A stretch of 64,000 bases of DNA, from contig OZ252149.1 of the NCBI GenBank assembly GCA_965248755.1, positions 3,840,001 to 3,904,000 of the forward strand, in the 5' to 3' direction. Both the position numbers and the translations under genes were made by a program. Positions within the stretch are counted from its first letter, which is position 1; every line of letters starts with the position of its first letter. The notes beneath the pieces were generated by a model that saw only the letters and a list, made by a program, of their open reading frames with translations, was not told the origin of the DNA and made no database searches. Source of the DNA: Candidatus Latescibacterota bacterium. GTDB lineage: Bacteria > Latescibacterota > CBDEFO01. Positions 41,230 to 50,087 of this stretch are shown piece after piece.

Positions 41230-43026
41230 ATGTCAGAGGAAAAATCTCCAGAAACATTCACAAAAGAAGAGGAAGAGATACTTAGGCCCTACGTTACCAA
41301 TCTTCATGAACCGATCTTCGCTCTGACAAACGCACTTCCTCAGGTGGTGGCCGGAGCGGGATTCTCCAGGTACAGCAGATCCAGAAAAAGTTTAAGGAGG
41401 GTTCTTTTAGATGAATTCCTCAAAGACGCTCAGCTCGGAATCAGAAATATAAGAGACTTCATCGTTGACGTCACTAGAAGGCTTGATCCGGCAAAGACGA
41501 TAGACTCCTCGACTGCGCTCCAGATAGCCATTGGAGTCTATAAGCAGGTACTCGACCCGACAGAGTCCATCAGAAGTGGTCAAGAGTTCTACGCAAGGGT
41601 CCTGGAACAATATGGAGACGAATCCGTAAACGAACTTATGGGCGCTCACATAGCCTTTGAAGGTGTCTCCAACATCGTCACGAAAATCCTTGAGGACCCC
41701 CGTCTGCTCTCACCTTTGGAAAAGTCCACAAGATACGTCATCTTCGAGGCTGACAGCTTCTATAAAGAACCGCAGCTTATGGCGTCGTCGGAGCACCGTG
41801 GACTGTACGAAAGCACAAATAGACTCCTCTTGAGCACGTACAGTGACCTTCTAGATCCCCTGCGGGAGTTCCTCAGAGGGAAGAGCCCCCGAGGAGAGTT
41901 TCCCTTCCAGATCGAAAGGGACTCCGAACCCCTGAAGATCAAGGACATAAAGGATGAGACAGTCCTCCAACAGGCTATTAGCGCTTATAACCGCACCATC
42001 AGGGGCAAGTACTGCGACATTTTGCGCTATCTGCTTCCCGGCTCAACGCTCACCAACGTCGGCGTCTTTGCCAACGGCAGATCTCACGAACACCTTATAA
42101 CCGAACTTTTCGCCAACGAACTTTTCGAATCCCACTGCATTGCCGAATCCTACCTTGATGAAATAAGCAAGGTCATTCCCGCCGCAGTGGAGCGCGTCAA
42201 TAAAAGACACGGGAAGATGGCGATAGAATTTATGAAAAACAGAAGATCTGCAAGGGCGAAGTTAGCCGCAGAGCTTGAGTTAGGGTCCGTAGAAGATAGC
42301 GATCCTGTCACATTGATCAGATGCACCGATAGACAGACCGCAGAAGTTGCTGTAGTTACAGCACTCCTCTACGAAGATCGCAATGAGCCCTGGGAGCAGA
42401 TCGAAGGTTATGTCCAAAAGATGGGCCAGGAAGAAAGACGAAGGGCCATAAAGCAGGTACTATCGAGTCGAACAAATTACCGCCATAAACCACCGAGAGC
42501 TTTTGAATTTACAGACTACGTATTTGAACTGCTTGCAGATTACGGAGCGTATCGAGATCTACAAAGACACAGAATGCTCACACAGGAACGCCAGTTTCTT
42601 ACACCACTGCACGGCTACGACACGCCGGAGGAACTCTTGGAGGCAGACGAAGCTATGCCCGAAGTGAAATTCAAGGAACGCTTCGACCGCTCTATGGAAA
42701 AAAGCGCACAAGCGGCGCAGACAATAGCCGTAGATTTCCCCTTGGAATCTCAGTACGTGGTAGCCTTCGGGTACAGGATACGATGGGTGGTGAAGATGCA
42801 CTTAAGGGAGGCATATCATCTTTGCGAGCTCAGAAGCGGTAGGGCGGGACATCGTTCTTACAGGAGGTTGGCCCAGAAGATCGCCGCGAAAATTGGGGAG
42901 GTCCATCCCATCCTGGCAGAACACATGATAATAGACTGGGAGGAATACGACTACGAAAGATACTCTGCCGAAGTGAGAACTGCTCAGAAGATACTCGCAA
43001 GAGAGGCAGCAGACAGCAAACAGTAG
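41230..43026 (+). CDS. thyX: FAD-dependent thymidylate synthase-like protein (tandem Thy1 domains)
   Basis: SRYSRS, YGDES, EKSTRY, RYLLP, YRDLQRHR, ELRS...GH.SYR. Confidence 0.8.
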   Translation: MSEEKSPETFTKEEEEILRPYVTNLHEPIFALTNALPQVVAGAGFSRYSRSRKSLRRVLLDEFLKDAQLGIRNIRDFIVDVTRRLDPAKTIDSSTALQIAIGVYKQVLDPTESIRSGQEFYARVLEQYGDESVNELMGAHIAFEGVSNIVTKILEDPRLLSPLEKSTRYVIFEADSFYKEPQLMASSEHRGLYESTNRLLLSTYSDLLDPLREFLRGKSPRGEFPFQIERDSEPLKIKDIKDETVLQQAISAYNRTIRGKYCDILRYLLPGSTLTNVGVFANGRSHEHLITELFANELFESHCIAESYLDEISKVIPAAVERVNKRHGKMAIEFMKNRRSARAKLAAELELGSVEDSDPVTLIRCTDRQTAEVAVVTALLYEDRNEPWEQIEGYVQKMGQEERRRAIKQVLSSRTNYRHKPPRAFEFTDYVFELLADYGAYRDLQRHRMLTQERQFLTPLHGYDTPEELLEADEAMPEVKFKERFDRSMEKSAQAAQTIAVDFPLESQYVVAFGYRIRWVVKMHLREAYHLCELRSGRAGHRSYRRLAQKIAAKIGEVHPILAEHMIIDWEEYDYERYSAEVRTAQKILAREAADSKQ

Positions 43027-43192
43027 CGCCCGATTGAATCTATCGGGGGTAGACAGGATATTGTCTACTATCCCTTGAGGTTGCTTCGGAGCGTTGCTGC
43101 CACCCCTTTTTTGCAGGGGGCACGAAGTTCCAACAATCCACGAAGTGGCGAGGTGGGCGAAGCAATCTCGTAGTCAGCAGGAGAATACCATC

Positions 43193-43927
43193 ATGAAAGG
43201 CGTAGTCTTAGCGGGAGGCACAGGTTCGAGGCTTTATTCTTTAAGCAAGATCACCAATAAACATCTTCTTCCCGTCTATGACAAGCCCATGATATTCTAT
43301 CCCATTCAGACGCTTGTGAACGCAGGGATAGAGGAGATCATGATAGTCACCGGAGGCGAAAGCGCGGGCGATTTCCTCAGGCTCTTGGGAAACGGCGCCG
43401 AGTTCGGACTCAAGCATTTAGATTACACCTATCAGGAAGGAGCCGGAGGCATAGCCCAGGCTGTCTCCTTAACAGAGCACTTTGCCGAGGGAGGTAAGTT
43501 AGTGTTAATGTTAGGGGACAATGTAATACAGGGTAACATAATAAAGGCTGTGGAGAGCTTCAGAAGGCAAGAGGAAGGGGCCAAGATACTACTTGCCGAG
43601 GTCGAAAATCCAGAAAGCTACGGAGTTCCCGAATTCCAAAACGGCACTGTAGTTCAAATTGAAGAAAAGCCCAAAGTCCCTAAGAGCCAATACGCAGTCA
43701 CAGGTATGTATATGTACGACAATAAAGTCTTCCATATTATAGGGGACCTCAAGCCCTCGCAAAGGGGAGAATTGGAGATAACCGACGTGAACAACGCCTA
43801 CATAGGGATGGGTCAGATGACTTACGAGATAATGGAGGGATGGTGGGGAGACGCGGGGGAATCCATAGATGCCCTTTTGAAGGTGAACAACCTTGTGGCA
43901 AGAGACGGGGCTAATAACATCGAGTAG
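43193..43927 (+). CDS. Glucose-1-phosphate thymidylyltransferase (RmlA/SpsI-like)
   Basis: GVVLAGGTGSRL, NKHLLPVYDKPMI, RGELEITD. Confidence 0.9.
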   Translation: MKGVVLAGGTGSRLYSLSKITNKHLLPVYDKPMIFYPIQTLVNAGIEEIMIVTGGESAGDFLRLLGNGAEFGLKHLDYTYQEGAGGIAQAVSLTEHFAEGGKLVLMLGDNVIQGNIIKAVESFRRQEEGAKILLAEVENPESYGVPEFQNGTVVQIEEKPKVPKSQYAVTGMYMYDNKVFHIIGDLKPSQRGELEITDVNNAYIGMGQMTYEIMEGWWGDAGESIDALLKVNNLVARDGANNIE

Positions 43928-44053
43928 ACAGTAGTCAGTAGACAGTATACAGGGAAAGGCGAAAGGCAGTCGGGGCAGACCCATGTGTCTGCCCCGAAAA
44001 TAATGTAGGGGCGAGGTTACCTCGCCCTACTGTACTTACAACGGAGGTTTTGT

Positions 44054-44374
44054 ATGTACATTAACTTGGACGAACTTGAGGTCAAAGAGGTCTTTCAAGG
44101 TATAAAGATACGGCCCGTTGGGGGGGAGAAGCCTATGCTCTCTTTTGTGGATATCGAAGAGGGTTCTGAAGTTACAAAGCACAGCCACCCGCATGAACAG
44201 GGAGGCATAGTCCTCTTCGGGGCATTAGAATTCACTATCGGCGCGGAGACAAAGGTTTTAAGGGAAGGGGATTCATATATTATTCCTCCCAACGTGCCAC
44301 ACAGTGTAAAGGTAGTAGAGGGTCCGGCTAGAGCGCTGGACATATTCAGCCCGCCGAGGGAGGACTATCTATGA
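44054..44374 (+). CDS. Cupin domain protein
   Basis: HSHPHEQ, IPPNVPH, DIFSPPREDY. Confidence 0.88.
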   Translation: MYINLDELEVKEVFQGIKIRPVGGEKPMLSFVDIEEGSEVTKHSHPHEQGGIVLFGALEFTIGAETKVLREGDSYIIPPNVPHSVKVVEGPARALDIFSPPREDYL

Positions 44375-44625
44375 ATCAGTAGACAGGGGGAGGCAAAAGT
44401 AAGCAGATGGTAGCCAGTAGACAGGGAAAAGTTATGAAATGGATTCATCTACTTGGAACAATTTTGTCAGACATATCCTGCTTGCGCCTTCAACGTCGCC
44501 GAAAATTCCTCTCGCTTGGGGTGATTAAGTATCTTCTCATCTAAAGCCGTCGGCCGCCTATAGGTTTGTAAGGATACGTACCTCTCGTATCTGTACCTAA
44601 AAGTGCATGAGGTAGTGCCTTCAAG

Positions 44626-44982
44626 TCAATCTCCCGCGCGCCATGGGTAGAAGTTACCTTCCAGACGAAAATATCTGTCCAGTTGTGGGCTGTTTACTAT
44701 CCCTTTGAGATATTCCACCGCTCTTTTCGTAACGTCTTCACCTGGAGCTTGAGGTGTACCCACGTGCTCAGGCTGTATGACTCCCTCAATTCCCTTCTTT
44801 TTCAGCATCGGCAGGATCTTATCTAACTCGACCGGTCCCTCCCCTAAAAAATACTCCACATCGGACTCCCACGTCCTAAATAATGTCCCGCGTTTCCGGC
44901 GATGGACCCAGCGCCCATAGTGAAGTGAGATACACTCCCAGCCTGCGGCAGCACTCGATTGATTGCCTTGATGCAGATACAA
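44626..44982 (-). pseudogene. Possible C-terminal fragment of a TIM-barrel isomerase
   Basis: LGEGPVEL...G.EG...EH...AVEYL resembles an AP_endonuc_2 C-terminus; no N-terminus seen. Confidence 0.35.
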
Positions 44983-44997
44983 TTCCGATGGCGATAT

Positions 44998-45246
44998 TTA
45001 TTTTCGCCTCTCTTTTAGCCTCTTTAGGAGGATCTTCTCGCTGACTCGGTAGACAAACACCTCTTCCCCATCTATCTCGACTACAGGAATTCTTTCTTTG
45101 TAGCTGTCGTAAAGATCGCTATCTACCGAAATGTCAATCTCCTCAAGATCGAAGGGTATCAGACTTCGTACGCGTTCTATGCGTTCTTTGGCTATATCAC
45201 ACAGATGACAATCAGGCTTTGAAAGAATCCTTACTTTTATCCCCAA
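44998..45246 (-). CDS. Glutaredoxin-like protein (DUF836)
   Basis: CHLC, EEIDI, RIPVV. Confidence 0.85.
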   Translation of the reverse strand: MGIKVRILSKPDCHLCDIAKERIERVRSLIPFDLEEIDISVDSDLYDSYKERIPVVEIDGEEVFVYRVSEKILLKRLKERRK

Positions 45247-45356
45247 AGAGTTCTTCTCTCCCTAACATTTTCTGGGCCAACCCGAGTGTTCGCTCGATTC
45301 ATCCCTTTTTCAGGGCCGACCCGTAGCTCTTCCGCTACTATCAGAGGCTAGATCGA

Positions 45357-46526
45357 TCAATTAAGATTTGATGAGGCGGCGCCAGGTCCGGCTCCCTCCG
45401 GGACCTTATATCCTTGCTTTTTAAGGGCATCTTCAAGGGCACATAGGAAGTATAAGACGTTCTTAGGATCAGATGTGTAGCCCATCAACCCGACTCTCCA
45501 GCTTTTCCCTTTAAGCTCTCCGAGTCCGCCTCCTATCTCCAGGTTGTACTCGTTTAGCAAAAAGCTTCGCACCACAGCGTCGTCCACGCCGTCCGGTATC
45601 CTTACGGTATTTAAGGTCGGGAGGCGATAACTTTCTTCGACCAGCATGCGGAGTCCCATAGCCTCTAATCCTCTTACCAGAGCCTTGTGATTTCTGATAT
45701 GCCGTGCAAACCTATTTTCCAGACCTTCCTCCTCTATCAGAATCAAGGCTTCTCTGAGAGCGTAGTTTAGGGAGATAGGCGCAGTGTGGTGATAGACTCT
45801 CTCCTCTGTCCAGTATTTTTCGAGCCAGGTCATATCTAAGTAGAGGGTCTGGACTTTGGATTTTCGGGACTTAATCGCGTTCATAGCCCTATCGTTAAAC
45901 GTCACAGGCGATAAGCCCGGAGGACATCCCACACACTTTTGCGTCCCGCTGTAAGCTGCATCTATACCCAATTCATCTATTTTCAATTCGCATCCTCCTA
46001 AAGACGTAACAGTATCTACCACAAGGAGGGCACCGTTATCTTTGGCTATTTGGGATATTTCTCCCAGTGGCTGAAGCACCCCTGTGGAAGTCTCAGCGTG
46101 AACAATAGCTATCAGCTTGGCACCGCTTCCTTGTGCTGCCCCTTTCACATCTTGAGGATCTATCGGCTTTCCCCATTCCTGCTCTACAACGATAGGCTCT
46201 GCGCCGCACCTCTTGGTTATGTCTAACATCCTGCCGCCGAAGTAGCCCTTTATGCAGATTACGGCCCTATCCCCCGCTTCCAAAAGATTGCAAAGGCAGG
46301 TCTCCATTCCCGCCGATCCAGTTCCGGATATGGAGATCGTCATCTGGTTCTCTGTCTGAAAGACATGTCTTAGGAGCTCCTGAATATCGTTCATCACTTC
46401 TAAGTAGTCGGGGTCAAGATGGCCCACGATAGGAGCTATCATAGCCTGAAACACTCTCGGATGGATGTTGCTGGGACCGGGGCCCATAAGCGTTCTTTCG
46501 TGCGGATTCAACTTGGCGTAAGTCAT
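45357..46526 (-). CDS. Alanine/serine-glyoxylate aminotransferase (class V)
   Basis: LMGPGPS, GTGSAGME, VHAETSTG, SGTQK. Confidence 0.92.
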   Translation of the reverse strand: MTYAKLNPHERTLMGPGPSNIHPRVFQAMIAPIVGHLDPDYLEVMNDIQELLRHVFQTENQMTISISGTGSAGMETCLCNLLEAGDRAVICIKGYFGGRMLDITKRCGAEPIVVEQEWGKPIDPQDVKGAAQGSGAKLIAIVHAETSTGVLQPLGEISQIAKDNGALLVVDTVTSLGGCELKIDELGIDAAYSGTQKCVGCPPGLSPVTFNDRAMNAIKSRKSKVQTLYLDMTWLEKYWTEERVYHHTAPISLNYALREALILIEEEGLENRFARHIRNHKALVRGLEAMGLRMLVEESYRLPTLNTVRIPDGVDDAVVRSFLLNEYNLEIGGGLGELKGKSWRVGLMGYTSDPKNVLYFLCALEDALKKQGYKVPEGAGPGAASSNLN

Positions 46527-46622
46527 TACGGAACTCCTCCGAATCAAGCAAACAGTAGTGTGGGCGAGGTACCTTCTCCCCTACATTCTGTTCAGCCCCG
46601 ATGATTCAATCGGGGGCTACTT

Positions 46623-47957
46623 TTAGTAAAGCCCGAGATAGTTGTCTATCTCCCACTGACTGATCGAGAGATGATACTGCTCCCACTCTTTGCGCTTAAC
46701 TTGGATGTAGTAGTCGGCATACTCACGGCCAAGGGCGCTTTTGACTACCTCGTCTTTTTCCAGACAGTCGAGGGCTTCGCCCAGCATAGACGGCAAGAAA
46801 TCGATACCGCGCTCAGATAGTTCGTTTTCGTCTACTTCGTAGAGATTGTCATCGTTGCGCTCTCCTGGGTCGATTTTGTTTTCGATGCCATCCATCCCGG
46901 CAGCAAGCAGCACTGCGCAGGCAAGATAGGGATTTGCCGCGCCGTCGCCCACACGGCTTTCGATGCGCCCTGGCCCGGGGATGCGAATCATCTGTGTCCG
47001 GTTGCTCCCGCCATAGGTGACATAGACTGGTGCCCAGGTTGCCCCACTTCTTGGCGCGCCGCGAATAAGCCGCTTGTAGCTGTTGGTGAGGGGATTGGTG
47101 ACGGCCGTAAGTGCTTTGGCGTGACGTAGCACTCCACCCGTAAACCAATAGGCAAGCTCGGACAGCCCGTTTTCATCTTTCTCATCTAGAAAGAGGTTAG
47201 TCTGGTTCTTCTCATCCCATAGACTCATGTGAAAATGCGCCCCGTTGCCCGTCAGATTTGCAAAGGGCTTGGGCATAAAGGTTGCTAAAAGCCCGTTCGC
47301 TTCGGCAACGGTCTTGACCATCCATTTGAAGAAGGTATGCTGGTCTGCTGTGGTAAGCGCATCCTTAAAGACCCAGTTAAGCTCAAACTGGCAATTGGCA
47401 TCCTCGTGGTCGTTGGCGTAGGGAGCCCACCCTAATTCCTGCATGTATTTTAAGAGAGTCGTCATCACATCAAGATTGCGATGCAGGGCCCTCATATCGT
47501 AGCACGGTTTGCCTAATGTGTCGAGCGGATCCCACGGCATGTAGGCATCGTGTTCATTTTTTTTCAACAGCATAAACTCCGCCTCGACGCCCAAGTTAAA
47601 GGTATAGCCTTTATCCCTTGCCTTTTTCAGCATAGACCGCAATATGGTGCGCGGACAGTAGTGCCACTCATTTTCATCCACATGCACATTTCCCGCCACC
47701 CAGGCGATATTTTTTCTCCACGGCACGATTGTAAGCGAATTGAAGTCGGGGATACTCGCCATGTCCGGATCGTGCGGGCCCTGACCGATTTCCCCAGCCG
47801 CAAACCCCGCAAATCCAGCGCCTTCGGATGCCATGTCTTCGAGATATTCAGCCGGCACAACCTTTGCCTTTGGCGCTCCGCTCATCTCCACAAAACTGCA
47901 GAGGAAAAACTCGATACCCTTTTCCACCACCAGCGCCTTTACTTGATCTAATGTCAT
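46623..47957 (-). CDS. gmaS: Gamma-glutamylmethylamide synthetase (type III glutamine synthetase-like, GlnT)
   Basis: GAGFAGFA, KPCYD, DHEDANCQFE, SGATWAP; located in an mgs/mgd cluster. Confidence 0.85.
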   Translation of the reverse strand: MTLDQVKALVVEKGIEFFLCSFVEMSGAPKAKVVPAEYLEDMASEGAGFAGFAAGEIGQGPHDPDMASIPDFNSLTIVPWRKNIAWVAGNVHVDENEWHYCPRTILRSMLKKARDKGYTFNLGVEAEFMLLKKNEHDAYMPWDPLDTLGKPCYDMRALHRNLDVMTTLLKYMQELGWAPYANDHEDANCQFELNWVFKDALTTADQHTFFKWMVKTVAEANGLLATFMPKPFANLTGNGAHFHMSLWDEKNQTNLFLDEKDENGLSELAYWFTGGVLRHAKALTAVTNPLTNSYKRLIRGAPRSGATWAPVYVTYGGSNRTQMIRIPGPGRIESRVGDGAANPYLACAVLLAAGMDGIENKIDPGERNDDNLYEVDENELSERGIDFLPSMLGEALDCLEKDEVVKSALGREYADYYIQVKRKEWEQYHLSISQWEIDNYLGLY

Positions 47958-48128
47958 AACAAATTTTCCTCCTTTCTACTTGTCTACTGCCTACGAGATT
48001 GCTTCGCTTCGCTCGCAATGAAGCAGAAGGTATCCGCAATGACGTTGCTTAGCTTGGTCCTTTAGTCATTGCGAGGAGATGAACCTCCCAAAGCTATCTC
48101 ACCTCTCCACTGTTTGTTGTCTACGTGT

Positions 48129-49343
48129 TCAGTGTGAGACCGCCGCTGCCGCCCTTTCTCCGACGAGCCGATCCTCTTCAAAGCGCGACAGTGCAAACGG
48201 TTCAATCAGTTGGGGAGTCTTTTTAGTGGCGATCAACTCCGCTAAGCACTTGCCCGCAATAGGGCCAGCCTTGAAGCCGTACGTGCCCCATCCAACGTCC
48301 AGGTAGAAGCCATCAAGTTCCTCCACCTTCCCTATTATAGGCGCAAAGTCGGGTGTCATATCGCAGATTCCCGCCCACTGTCTCATCACATTCACACTTT
48401 GAAGATGTGGGAAGAGGTCGAGCGTGTAGGTCGCCATCTTCTCGAGCGTGGGAAGTGTGCCCCTCATTCTGTAGGACTGATAGGGGTCGATCTCCGAACC
48501 GATGACGATTTCGCCTCGGTCGGTCTGATTGACATAAACGTGCAGGTTCGCAGATACGATCACCTTGTCCAGAAAGGGTTTCAGGGGTTCGGTTACACAG
48601 GCTTGCAGCGGCTTCGAAACGATGGGAACCTGAATATCTACCATCTTGCATATCGTGCTTGCCCATCCCGCTGTACAGTTCGTGACAGCTTTAGTTGAAA
48701 TCTCACCGCGATTAGTAACAACGCTCGTTGCCTTTTTCCCGTCGCGCTTGATGCCGACGGCCTCCGTAAATGTGTGAATATGCACACCCATTCGGTCGCA
48801 CTCCCGGGCGTATCCCCAGACGACAGCGTCATGGCGGATGATGCCCCCTGGCGGATGATAGAGCGCGGCCAGTATCGGATAGCGCGGGGATTTGCTTATA
48901 TCGATGTGAGGAACGAGCCTTTTTATCTCATCGGGGTAGATAATTCGGCTGTCCACGCCGAGCAGTTGATTCGCCCCGGCGCGCACTCTCAGTCCGTTGA
49001 CGGTGGAATCCGTGTGCCCGAGCGTCAGATGTCCGCACTGATTGAGCAAGACGTTCCAACCCAAGGTCTTTGACATCTCTTCGTAGAGCTTGAGCGACTC
49101 TGTGTAAAATGAGATGCCTTCAGGTGTGCGGTAGTTGGCCCGGACAATAGCGGTATTGCGTCCGCTGCTGCCGGTGCCGAGATAGCCTCTCTCCAGGATA
49201 GCGATATTAGTAATGCCGTGCTCTACCCCCAGATAGTAGGCTGTCGCAAGGCCGTGAACGCCAGCACCGATGATGACGACGTCGTAGCTCTTCTTCAGGT
49301 CGTGCCTACCCCACATTCGTCTTTTTCGAAATAGCTGGAGCAT
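48129..49343 (-). CDS. soxB: Sarcosine oxidase beta / N-methylglutamate dehydrogenase MgdA
   Basis: GAGVHGLATAY, GRNTAIVR, RHDAVVWGYA, GWGTYGFKA. Confidence 0.88.
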   Translation of the reverse strand: MLQLFRKRRMWGRHDLKKSYDVVIIGAGVHGLATAYYLGVEHGITNIAILERGYLGTGSSGRNTAIVRANYRTPEGISFYTESLKLYEEMSKTLGWNVLLNQCGHLTLGHTDSTVNGLRVRAGANQLLGVDSRIIYPDEIKRLVPHIDISKSPRYPILAALYHPPGGIIRHDAVVWGYARECDRMGVHIHTFTEAVGIKRDGKKATSVVTNRGEISTKAVTNCTAGWASTICKMVDIQVPIVSKPLQACVTEPLKPFLDKVIVSANLHVYVNQTDRGEIVIGSEIDPYQSYRMRGTLPTLEKMATYTLDLFPHLQSVNVMRQWAGICDMTPDFAPIIGKVEELDGFYLDVGWGTYGFKAGPIAGKCLAELIATKKTPQLIEPFALSRFEEDRLVGERAAAAVSH

Positions 49344-49442
49344 GACTACTATTGCCTTCCTTGGGACAGATGGCGGCGCTTCCGCTTTGATAGCGAGATA
49401 GCAAGCCCCGATAGTGGTCAGGCACGAATGTCTGACCTACTC

Positions 49443-50087
49443 TTAGCTTTCTATCTGACTTTTGGCCTTAAGTCCAAAAGCTACAATACTGAACTCATCC
49501 CCCGCGTGCATCAGGGCGTCCCAGCTGTATTCGCCGTACTCCCGTCCAATAAGGAGCCGATACGCGGGAAGATCGCCCACGTCCCTGCGCAGGACGATTG
49601 CGTGTGCCTCTGCCAGACTAGTCTGGCCACAGGAGAGGTTCGGCATCGCACCCTCGGAGATATCCAACGCTGTCAGCTTGTTAAGTACGTCTCGACTCTT
49701 CGGTCCCGCTAAATGCAACGCGCAATAGACGGACGTCACATCAGTAATATGCACGCAATCTCCGCCTGCGCTTTGGATCTCTTGCGTTGAGTTATCAATG
49801 TCCGATGGCTCACAGGTTACTAGAATATGACCTCTGGCCAGCAACCAGACGGAGGCGTTATCTATCTTCCATTCTCCGTCTCTTAAATCGTTCCCCTTTA
49901 CGTCCAACTTTCCCATCCAACTCATATCTGCCAGCCCCACGCCCTCTCGGACGCTCTGGGCCTCCTCTTCCGAAGAAGTGAAATGCTCCGCCACCTGCCA
50001 ACCGTGGTAGTCGCCCATCTTCGCGCCGAGCGCCACGTGTCTGCGATGGAGAGCTGTGCGTTTGATGGGTCTAAAAGTCGCTGCCAT
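49443..50087 (-). CDS. Sarcosine oxidase gamma-like / GcvT N-terminal subunit (MgdD)
   Basis: RTALH, DMS.MGK..V.G, L.GPKSRDVL, YGEYSWD. Confidence 0.7.
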   Translation of the reverse strand: MAATFRPIKRTALHRRHVALGAKMGDYHGWQVAEHFTSSEEEAQSVREGVGLADMSWMGKLDVKGNDLRDGEWKIDNASVWLLARGHILVTCEPSDIDNSTQEIQSAGGDCVHITDVTSVYCALHLAGPKSRDVLNKLTALDISEGAMPNLSCGQTSLAEAHAIVLRRDVGDLPAYRLLIGREYGEYSWDALMHAGDEFSIVAFGLKAKSQIES